In this document: positions 34,201 to 46,200 of the stretch, piece by piece
Layout: each line of letters starts with the position of its first letter
Position numbering within the stretch: position 1 is the first letter of the stretch
Source of the DNA: Lytechinus pictus
Lineage: Eukaryota
Length of the DNA: 60,129 bases
Direction of reading: 5' to 3'
Assembly (NCBI RefSeq): GCF_037042905.1
Contig: NC_087252.1
Span: 14,075,872-14,136,000 of the forward strand
Notes under the pieces: generated by a model
Told to the model about the DNA's origin: nothing
Database searches by the model: none
Seen by the model: only the letters and a program-made list of their open reading frames with translations
Made by a program: the position numbers and the translations under genes

Positions 34201-37200
34201 TGATAGGCAGATTTCAAAGCAAGATATTACGTAAGCTTGCCTTACATAGTAGCATGAAGAAATTGAATGGACCAGGTGACTAGAATAGCATACCAATGAA
34301 CACTTGTATTTGTTGCATTCCTACTTTGAATGCATATCATATAGCATGTTGCACAATGTACTTGGCAAATTGTGAAATACCAGTCGTTCGTGGACGCATT
34401 GTTGTTTTTTGTAGATGTAAAAGAAAACCACAATTCAAAAGAAAATATGAATAATCAAGACATCAAAGTTGGTGCTTATCTCATTAGATTTTAAACCACC
34501 ATGTCACTTCAGTACAAATGACCTTCCTCTGATCATGCGCAGAAAGGAACTACGAACTGGCTTATTGAGCGCTTACTTCATATCAGGAAGTCACAGAAAA
34601 CTTCCCTTCCTCCGTTTGGAGGTCGTTGCACGGATCGCCGCGGAAGCGATACTGAAAATATCGGTCGATTTTGATTATTTTTTATTGTCAATTTGAGGAG
34701 CATGCGTTTGCAGCACATGTGTACCAGCGTATAATTCGCAATGATCACTGTTGTAATTGGTAATTCTCAAATTGGCTCCGAGTGTTATTGCGCAATGCTT
34801 TCGAGACCGGATCGTGGTACAAAAACTTGATTCTCCAGAAAAAAATATGGATTAAATCGGTGATTTTGAAAGTGAATTCACTCTAGCTGTATTATAGTGA
34901 AAATATGTTTTCCCGAACTGAGCCTGTATTATATAGATCTAGATCTAGTGTGGGGATATCACTCGTGTCAAGGTGAATACATTTGATTGAGAGTGTTGTG
35001 TTCCACGATCGAATGATTTTTTTTTTGTTAGGGAGCCTAGGCTAAATTACCCTCCCTTTTTCATGTCGACATTGTCGATGTCGGGATTAATTTTTAAGCG
35101 ACATGTCGACATGGATTTTTGTTCCCGACAACAGCACTAGTATGTATGGGGGTCTTTTTTACATATGAAAATTATCATTCCTTTTGTACTTTGTATGACC
35201 AAATAAAAATACAAGTGTGCTATTTTCTGATGTATTTGATTGTTTCACCAATTCCTTATGTTTTCTATTGTCTCAACAATTTGTTATACATGTATGATAT
35301 GCAGCTTTTGATTTTGGAGGGATGAGCAGCTGAGTGTAAAATATGTATGTAGCATTGTATGCAATTTATTACAAGTATCAAGAAGTATAAAAATTAAGCT
35401 TTAATATATATTCTATCAGTTTCCAATGCATTTCTTAGATTTGTATACATACATTGTATAACAAAGGCCCTATTTGAGCTCTCTTTTTTAAGAAAAATAA
35501 ATAAATTTAGATTCTAGAGTGAAATCACTGCACATAAATGTACCTAATTTTTTACACATACTTCCATATAATTCTGAAACAAAACAAAAAATTTGCAAGA
35601 TTTTTGTGGAAAAGAACTTAACAATCTAAACTTACCAATCTCCCCATGGATAGACTTGAAAGGCACCAAAGTATTAGTTGAAGCAAAAAGAAAAGGAAAA
35701 GAGTGGTCTATTTCTTTCAAAACAAAACAAAAACAACCAGGAAAAAACAGATATCAAAGCTACAAAAACAGATATCAACGCTACAAAAACAGACATCAAA
35801 GCTCCAAACAAACACTAAAATCAAGACACAAAAACTTGTACCAATCCCATCCCCATTTTCCAGTTTAAAACACAACCCCCACCTGCACCCCTAATGAAAA
35901 AAAAAGAAAAGGAAAAAAAATTAAATTAATAAAATAGAAAAAAAATCATAAATACAGGACTTAGACCCATCTGAAAATAAAATATTCTTTCCTCTGAGTT
36001 TCATGTATTTTCTTACAAGAGTGAAAAAAATTAAAATAAACAACAACAAAATAGACAACATAGTTCTTGCATTTTAATTAAAAAAAATCAACATTTAAGA
36101 TATTCCCCTTTCAAAAGCAATTCCAGTCTCCAAATAATGACACATGTTTAAAAAAAATAAACAAAAAAGAATTAAAAAAGAAACAATAAAAAAAAAAAAG
36201 TGAATAAATAAACTCCATAATTTTTGCATTTTAATTAAAAAGTCAACATTTATGATATTCCCCTTTCTAAAGCAAATCCAGTCTCAAAATAATGAAACAT
36301 GATCAAAAAATTTCCAAATATATTTTTTTCCTACAAAAGAAAAAAATAAACACTATAGATTTTGCATTTTAATTTAAAAACTAAAAAGTCAACATATTCC
36401 ACTTCCAAAAGAATCCAGTTTTCAAATGATGAAACATGATTGAACAATCAACCACCTTGACTCTTGACTTGGGAAGAAAAAATATTTTTGTGACAAAATG
36501 TGTATTAAAATCAGTATAAGAATAATAATCTACGGTATAATGACAGAAGGCACAATATTATCAAGTAACAAACAATTCAGATCCAGTTCAATCTAGCATG
36601 AACGACTCACTATCGACCGCTCCCGTCACCCAGCCCTCTGCATCGGGTAGCTCGACTGCCGAGAGACCGGCGGGAGCCCACCCTCCGCATCGGGCAGCTC
36701 GACTGCCGAGAGACCGGCGGTGACAAGGGTAGCCTGCGGCTCTTATATCTGGACTGCGTTTCAATAGAATCTGCTATATTTGGTTTTATTTTGAACATCA
36801 ATAGTTTTAGAAGAAATAAATATACATACCGGTAATTGGAACTTTTTTCTACTTTCCATCACAAAATTTTGATCATTTACACATCCAACCCGAAGGAGAG
36901 AATGCATACGCCACAGAGGCATACACAACAAGCTGACGCACCGTCACCTTCTCGCAAACAACGTCAACCACACATCACGGGCTTTCTTCGTACACACACA
37001 CCGTCACAGTCCGATGAGCAATACAACACAACAGACGTAGCAAATGAATGCGACTCAGGAGACGAGACATCGAGCGAGGCAGACCAGTTTCAATCGCCTT
37101 TCTCACCTGAAACCCCGACACCGAAAAAATCCAACAAAAAACCTCCGAAGCGGAAAAGAAAAGAAAGATCAAACACAGGAAGATAAATTCACGGAAACGA

Positions 37201-40200
37201 ATGAAAGAACGCCAGAAAACTCAACCCTACTAACATGGCTATTAACTCAAAAGTTCTACATTTGATTTCGGTCAATGTGAGAGGAATACGAAATAAAAAG
37301 AAACGAGAAAAAATATTCAAATGGTTAGATTTTCAAAAATACGATATCGTTTTGATGCAAGAAACTTTTATAACCAAAGACCTTGAACCAATATTAAATA
37401 TAGAAAGAAAATGTTCATTATTTTTTAACAACGGTACCAACCATTCAAAAGGTGTTTTAATTGGAATATAGGATGGTTTACCTACAGATATCATAGAATG
37501 TATTAGACAACCAGGTGGTCGTGTAATTGGTATTCGATTATCTTACAGCAATAAGTTTTATTTTATTGTAAATGTTTATGCTCCGACAAAATCATCGGAA
37601 AAGTCTAATTTTTTCAGAGGTTTACTATCATGGCTGAAAGCACACGTACATAAAGATGATTTGCTATTATTGGGTGGAGAGTGGAATTCAGTTCAAAGTT
37701 CGTGTATGGACACCCAAGGAATAAGTTATGCATATAAACCTAATGACCTGTTACAAAATATATGTAAAAAGTTGAATTTAGTAGACATCTGGAGAAAATG
37801 TCACCCTTCACTCAAACAATTTACTTGGCGGCAATACTTACTTGGTTATTACTCCCGATTAGACTATTGGTTGATATCATATAATTTATGTTCATTTGTA
37901 CATTCCGCAGATATAAGACCCATTCTGAAATGTGATCACAACGCTGTGTCTTTAAAACTTACAATTTCATCTTCAGTCAAGGGTAAAGGTATATGGAAAT
38001 TTAATAACTCACTTCTTAGAGACGGCATATTTAAAGAAACAATCAGAAATATCATAAAGAAAGTAAAACTAGAATATAAAAACTATAATGATCAAATGTT
38101 ATGGGATTTATGCAAGATTAAGATCAAAGAATATTCAATAAAATACTCAAAGACAATACAGAAGGACAGAAACCAAATATATCATACCTTGCAAAGTAAA
38201 CTTGAAACCCTTTCGAAAGCAAATGATAATCACCCGAGTGACAATAATCTCACTGAACTTAACGATGTTACTAAGCAGATTGATAAATTAATTGAAGATA
38301 AATGTAAAGGTGCCTTTGTGAGATCTTGTGAAAAATGGATGGAAGAAGGCGAAAAATCATCAAAATATTTTCTCAACTTGGAAAAAAGAAACGGGATAAA
38401 AAAACATCTAGATTTTTTGAAACGGGATAAAGATGTCATTTTTGATGAAGAAGCCATTTTAAAAGAAATCTATGAATACTACCAAAATCTATATTCAAAT
38501 AAAAAAAATGTTCTTGTAACAGAAATATATGATTATTTGAATGTTGTTGAGTTTACTACCTTGTCGGAAGAAGAAGCTGACCTTTGCGAAGGTTTACTTA
38601 CAGAATCCGAGTGTTACAAAGCATTGAAGTCAATGAAAGGTACATGTAACAAGACTCCAGGTAGTGATGGACTATCAGCAGAGTTTTATCAATGTTTTTG
38701 GCAAGATATAAAATATATGGTTATCAATAGTTTGAACGAAGGCTACAGAAAGAATAAGTTGTCAGAATCTCAAAAGCAAGGTATTTTAATATTGTTACAT
38801 AAAAAAGGTGACAGAGGTTTACTTGACAATTGGCGTCCTATATCACTTCTAAACATCGACTACAAAATTGCAGCCAAAGTCATTTGTTCACGTCTTCAAC
38901 GTGTTATCGATAAAATCATTTCTAAGGATCAAACTGGTTATCTAAAATTGCGTTCAGCTTCAGAAAATGTTCGTTTAGTTGAAGATGTAATTGATCTTTG
39001 TTCACACCTAAATCTTCCAGGTTATTTCATTTTTTTAGATTTCAAAAAAGCTTTTGATAATGTTAACCATCAATTTTTATTTCAGTTATTACATAAATTG
39101 AAATTCAAGGACTCACTTATTAATTGGATTAAAGTTTTGTATAATGATGCTTCCGGAAGAGTGATTAATAACGGTTGGATGTCACAAAATTTTAAAATAG
39201 AACAAGGTGTAAGACAAGGCTGCCCACTCTCAGCCTTACTGTTTTTATTAATTGCTGATGTTATGACAAGGAAAATAAAACAAAACGATAATATTGAAGG
39301 AATCATTATTCCAGGAGAAAATGGAACCCAGTGTTCAGAAAAAGAAATCAAAATATCACAGCTTGCTGATGATGCAGTAACTTTTGTGAGTTCTGTTAAT
39401 TCTGGTAATATTGCGATAGAAGATATAAGGCAATTTGGAGAAATTGCAGGCCCTAAACTTAATATAACAAAAACTCATGCAATGTCCATCTTCCCTCAAG
39501 ATGAAACCTTAAGAGATATACAATGGACAAATGATCCAGTGAAATACCTTGGTATTTTTGTAGGTACAGATAAACGTAAAAAAGAAAGAATGAATTGGGA
39601 TACAAAACTAGTTAAAATTCAATCTATAATGAACATCTGGAAAATGAGAAATTTAACTATATATGGCAAAATAGTAATACTTAAATCTTTGATAATATCA
39701 CAAATTGTTTACCCTGCAACTGTAATACACGTGCCAAACAACCTGGCACGTGAATTAGAGAAAATGATGTATATATTTATTTGGGGCTCGAAAAAAGAAA
39801 AGATAAAACGAAATGTTTGTATTAATTCATTCAATAAAGGAGGATTAGAGATGATAGACTTAAATTCAAAATTATCTTCATTAAAACTTTCATGGATTTC
39901 AAAATATTTAAAATATGATGATCAACCATGGATGTACTTGTTCAAATTTTGGACAGCAAAGATAGGACCGATGCCCTTGTGTCTCCGTTTCAATTGTTCG
40001 AAAAAAGATATGTCAATTGTATGTATGAAAAAGCAAATTCCATCCTTTTATACAGATCTATTATGCTCTTGGTATGACATACGATTTACTGAATATCACA
40101 ATATCAATAGTATAAAACACGAAATTTTATGGTATAACAGTCATATAAAATTTGAAAGAAACCTTTTATATTTCAACAGATGGTCCGACCACAATATCTT

Positions 40201-43200
40201 TTATGTTCACCAGTTATTACGTAATCATGCCTGGAAACCTTCCGAAGAAATTTTTGAAATAGTAGCATGTAAATCACTTTTAGTCGAGTTTGAATATTCA
40301 AAGCTAAAAAGAGCTGTCCCAGCTGAATGGACTGACAAATGTGACACCTTATCTTCAAAGCTTCCAGAAGATCTTTTTGAAATTAGTGGAGGAGATATTG
40401 TAAACTTAAAGAACATGAAATCAAAAGATTTTTATGTTTTACTTGTAACCAAAAAAAAGTCTGATCCACACATTATACAATACTGGCAATCTAAATTAGA
40501 ATTACCAGTAAACTTTGATTGGCAAAATGTTTTTAATTTCAAACTAAAGTATTTAAAGTATAACAAGATTCGACAATACAACTTGAAAATGCTTCACAAT
40601 TTATTACCCTTTAAATTCAATTTATGTCGTTGGAAATTAGCTAATGACACATCTTGTATGTTCTGTGAAGCAGAAGAAACTTTTGTTCATATTATGTTAG
40701 AATGTAATCCTGTTGCCAATTTTTGGATAAAGATAAAGAATTCTCTGCAATTTATGTTTAAAATTGCAATTCCTATTAACGAAACGACGTTGTTCATTGG
40801 ATACAAAATTCACGATCGCAAGTTTACGTTGGTTAACTTGTTTATGATATTTGCACAGTATGCAATATACAAATCTTATGTCATGTATAAGATGCAAGGA
40901 AGAGCTTTTAATATATATTCAATTTGGTATGAGTTCAAGAAAGAGATACTTTTTTATGTAAAATGGCGATTTAAATCCAATGTTCATTTAATTCAAATGT
41001 TCAAAGAGCTTTAACCCTATAGAGAAATTTCATCTTTATCACATTTTAGATTAAATTGTTGATGTCTATAACATGTTTATATGTAACTTGTTTTGTAACC
41101 CTACACGCACTGTGCCTCGAAAGAAATTGTTAAAATGAGAAAGGAATATGAAGAATAAAGTACCTCTGAACGAGGAAAAGGAAAAAAAAAAAAAAATTTA
41201 CACATCCAAAAATTTGATGAACTTTCAAGCTCCGATATCCACACTTCACAGGCGAGTATCCATATTGAAACTTATATGTACAGAAAGTGCACATCTGCAA
41301 CTGTCTGAAAAAAGGCACAAGATCGCATTCAACTATGTGCGCATGCGCATTAAACCCCATTTTCGAGGAGCCGCCCAGAAAGAGGTGATGCCACTTGCAG
41401 CAAAACCTGTGCGAAACTGGTGCAGCCAAAACCAGCGCTCGCGATGTGGCCGCATTAGCACATACCTACTTATTAGCCGTCTGTTTCCAGGAGTTTTTTA
41501 CATCTTTTATTTTTTTTCTCGTACAAACTCGTCTCACTCATTAACGTTAGTCACAGATGGCTCGCGAACGAGCACCCGCCATTAGGGGTTTTGAAATGCA
41601 AAAAAAACCTGCAACGGGGCTCTTTGATTTTTCACTTTATTCTAAATAATTAGATCTACTAGGGTAAGCACCAATTACCAAAACGGGGAAAAAATAAACT
41701 TAAAATTAAAATGAAAGAAAAAGCAGTGACTTACTTTGAGTTCGGCTCTTGTAAACTCCCAGTATGGCAGTATCACTTTGCTATTTCTGCAATTTACTCC
41801 CCTTAAGATCAAGTGAGAACTTCGGTATCTGTTATTGGTGAGAGTGGAGCCAACAGAGTTCAGCGAAAGAACCAATATAACAGAGACCGAAGCTTTTGGT
41901 CTATGCTCTGCTGAGACTTTGTTTGGATCTGGCTCCACGGCATCCCCTCCGTCAATAGACCTAAGACGGCCATGGATGGTGGAGCAAAAAACCGCCGCTT
42001 AACTTCATCGTCTATGCCACTTTGGAGAAAGGGTGCGTTTTTGCACCCTCCTCGATTACTCCTAAATTTTGCTTTTTGACGGGGTAGATCTAAATTGAAA
42101 CAGAAGAAATAATAAAGATAAATTTTTATTTAATACGTTCAGCTTACCACCTTTCCAAAAAATAGTAAATTTTGATGACAAACAGATCAGGAATCTGCCA
42201 GGCTCTTCTTCGATCGCTGAGTCGTCGTCAGCTACAGCTGAGTGTACGGATGCGCCAGCGGATTGGCTGGCACGTTCATACGCTCATCTGTAGTCGTGTT
42301 GCTTTTTAGTGTCATTTTATCGCAATATTGAGTAATACATTTGGAGGTATTTGCCCTTTATCTAAGCAAGTTGAGACATTAATGCTGTCATAAAGCATAT
42401 CAATATTCTTGTAAATATACCCTCTTTCGTGTCAAATGCTGATATTTTGCATTTATAGTTGATGTTAATATCAAAACCGAAAGACATCAATGCACATGCA
42501 AATTTTTGACCCAAAGCATGAAAATTTTGGCATAAATTCTCATATTTTCCCATTGTCTGTTCAAAAATATGAAAATAATTGATTTTCATGAAAAATCCAA
42601 GATGGCCGACAAAATTGGGGTCCTCTGGGCCTTCCGTACAGGAAATGACCCGGCAGCAACACATTTTCTTCACCACTCATTTCATGCCAACATGATGGTA
42701 CCATCAAACTTTATGTACCCGATCAGCTGAATAAGCTCTCCCAGCCCCCGGTCTATTTGGCCTTCAGTCTACAAATATTAAGAAGGGCATCAAGGCCATT
42801 CTGAGGGCATCAAAGGCCGATGCCTTGGGTTAAGTTAAGAGCCCTGGGAGGCGTTTCATCAACATTTTTGTCCGACAAGTTGTCAGATCTGACAACTTTC
42901 CTTGATAATGATTGGCTGAGAGTCACTGTTACCATAGTAGCTGTCGGATAAAACAGTACTTGTCGGATAAAACGTCCGACAAGTCCTTTCATGAAACGCT
43001 CCCCAGGGCTCTTAACTTAATTCCTATAACCATGCATGAATCCAGAAACTGTTTTCTAATGTCCACCATTCTTTTGTTCTCTCTCAACAGTGTTGGACGG
43101 TATCCATGGAGCCAGCAAATCCCCAAGCAGAAAAACTCATAATATGATCTATTATGATATCATGAATTTTGGTCAGTGTGTACGGAGATTCAATGCCACG

Positions 43201-46200
43201 CATCAGATCGGCTGTACCAGTAAGTAGAGTTAGGGGATGTTTCACAAGATAAAAGTGTCATGTAGAGTCGCATACCGCGTCGGTCTGAACATGTGCATGG
43301 GATTCGCAATTTCCTTGCATCCATCAATCAGATTATGGTTTGTGTGATAGTCATACTGAACTCTTTGTGAACCCCCCGTCCCCTGATATGCTAAATGTTC
43401 TTTTTTATAGTAGATTTGACCCTTTTTTCTTGTTTTATGTTGGTCAGTTTCTGTCTGACTTAATATTGGCCTAATAACTGAGGGGCCCCAACATTCACTG
43501 GCCATGACTGTGCAGCGGCACATTGTAGATAGTACATGTTCAACGATATGAATGTTGCACATTCAGCTCTATGTGTGTATAAAATTGTTAATGATATGTT
43601 ATTTTGACATACTTTGTTTTTTAATCACAGGTGATTTCAATGGGAACAATGGAGTCCTCCATCTCATAGAAAATGTTGCTGATATAAATTGGCTGTTGGT
43701 TAATGGAACATACACTCCCTACATAGCGTTGATGACGCCACAAATGTTTACATTGTAAGTGAAGATTGAACTCATGTTGATTTTGCTTGGTTGTAGATTT
43801 TTTTAATGCATTTATTCCGGGGGGGGGGGGCAGTCAAATATATTGCTATACGCACGCGTGACATAAAAAACGCGTTTAAAGGGGTGTTTTTTCAGTTTTG
43901 GACGCGGTCTGCGCGTCTATTCGTTAAGAGTATCAAAAACACAGATTTTCAAGAAGAAGGGTGGTTTTGAATCAATCGCGGGGTCAAACGTATTTAGGGT
44001 ATGTGTTTTCTCCAAAGCTTTTTTTTGTAAGACTAGCCAAACGTGTTTAGGGTACGTTTTTTTCCCAAGCTTTTTCAACGAGGTCATATTTTGGCGACAA
44101 ATTGTTCAGGGGCCAAAATGTGTAAATAAAGCCCGCGAAAAACTTGTTTAGGGGGTTATTTTGCACACAGAGAAAAACTTGTTTAGAGGGTGTTTGGAAA
44201 TTTCTTGGTCACGCGTGTGTACAGCAATATATTTGACTGGCCCCCCGGGCATTTATTCTCAGCTTTTGAAAGCATGCATGGTTCTTTTTGCCTTCAAATA
44301 CTTCAGGTTGGCTTGTGCCATCACAGCAGGTTGTCACGTCTGGGCGCGTAACCCGCCCATTCAAGAAAAGGGCCCCGTGAATTCCAAAAAGGTGGGGTCT
44401 GGTTTACCCGACGCTCTTTGAAAATTATCAGTCAAATATACAAATGTGCAGGTACAATTTAGTCTGCTGTGCAAACCCTTCACACGAGTAAAGGATCTGA
44501 ATGTGCAGCCTACTCATGCCTTGTGTACTGAAGGCCCTCTTGCTCAAATTGAAACAGCAAATTTTGTATGTGCTAGTCTTGCGTGGAGACACACTTGCTG
44601 ATCAAAGTTTCAATCGGGGTCTGTGCCTGCAGACTAGGTACAATTTACCTAAAAATTTCCGAAATATTTGGATGAACTTCTTCTTTCGGGAGGTCACCAT
44701 AAAGTAGGTCAACTATTGTGACTTCCAAGACGTGATTCCCGCCGAACAATCAAATCATTCAATTGTTTTTTCGGGAAATAATCGAATGGTAAAAATGACA
44801 TTCGTCCCAGGCCTATCAAATATACAAAGGGATTGGATGAACTGGACCCGGCCTGTCGGCAATGTAGGGGGCCATTTTCTTGAATGGTCGGGTTAAGGGA
44901 TTGCCCAACTAGACATGATAACCCTCTGTGATGGCAAATGCTCTTCAGGTTACCTAAAAATAATTATTTCCCACTATAACTGTATGTTACTCCATGTACC
45001 TGTGATACATGGCGTCAAAGAAGAAAAGTTATTTATCAGAAGCTAGTCATTGTGCTCTCCAAATTGTCAATTTATTGAAAACCATTTTATCACCGTTTTA
45101 AGCATGCAAATTAGCAACGTTTGATTGAAACTGTGTGCTCTTTATTCATGTTTTCAATAATTTCCATAATTGAATATGTGTATATTAATTTCACTAAACA
45201 TTTATTATAGTTGCCAATTTGAAGAGGGAAAGTATATGGATAAATGTCTGTAAAATTCATATTTTTTCCAAACTATTACTCTGTAAACAATGACAAATGT
45301 TGTAAATTTGGCTCCAGAGTAAACTGAGATTTATCTTGAAATAAAAGTTAAACCATTACCGGGCTACGCTCCCTTATGTTTCAAGTCTTGAATCTTTTAT
45401 CATCAATTTTCAGAGAAAATGTGAGGAGGTTACTTGATTCAGGGAAGGTGAATGGGATCATGGTGGATCACTCAGACCCTATGTCAATGATCAGTGACGG
45501 AATACCATTCTCACCAGACAAATCATGCCCCAATGATAACTATGGTAAGTAATCTAGTATAGAAAAAACAAAAATATCTTACCAATTAATCCCACAGTAT
45601 AGATTAGATGTAGCTCGGGAATTAGCCAGGTAAGAAGGAACCCGGATTGTCGAGATAAACGGCGAAGAGGAGTAGTTTGCCTTTAGTAGGTTGAAAAACG
45701 CGTACTCTGTGCGGTATATCTGACTCTCCAAGTGATGATGAGATCCCTTGGCTGGCCTGACTATGCAGAATTGCTGAGTTGTGCACCCAAGCATGGATGA
45801 ATGCACAGGACTTGAGGGGGTTTGGGTCTATTGTTATTGTGCACACAGCCTCTAACCCATAGTATACTCTATGCTGACTCTATGCTCCAACCAAGGAGGT
45901 AGTTGCTCCAACCCATCCCACAGTACTACATGTAGGGAGCAGTCGTGCGTGCCCCAAGCTGTGGTACATTTTACCACACCAGAAATAAGTAATGTTCCAT
46001 TTTTGTCTCGCCTGCATAGCAGAGCGAGATTATAGGCACTGCTTTTCCAATGGCGACGTCGTCAACACTGAAATCTTAACCTAAGGTTGAGTTTTTGAAA
46101 TGAGTCATGTTCCATTGTGGCATTATGTGCTGTAGGTACATTTAGACAGACAGGGCTATTTTGATGCCTAACAAGGCCCCGGGGGGGGGGGGGGGTCCTC

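Larger units (their letters stand above)
32684..35139. mobile_element. hAT-type non-autonomous element nested in copy B
   Basis: TIRs TAGTGCTGTTGTCG / CGACAACAGCACTA; 8-bp TSD GTATGTAC / GTATGTAT; single GTATGTAC at the empty site in copy A (~16617). Confidence 0.83.
36889..41195 (+). mobile_element. L1/Tx1-clade LINE, 5'-truncated, sense to nicastrin
   Basis: 14-bp TSD ATTTACACATCCAA (36875-36888, 41196-41209); poly(A) tail; AATAAA at ~41154; empty site in copy A at ~21680. Confidence 0.92.
31633..41468. mobile_element. TIR element copy B (same family as 15994-21955) in nicastrin intron 1, with several nested insertions
   Basis: Colinear with copy A once inserts are removed; right end CACATACCTA; left end altered by TACCGGTA. 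Confidence 0.8.

Noticed and set aside
14908..35139. Autonomous DNA transposase gene
   Set aside because: No DDE transposase ORF in any TIR element; all long ORFs are LINE-derived.
41148..41585. 145-aa ORF
   Set aside because: Spans the LINE poly(A) tail and the TIR element end; not kept intact in copy A.
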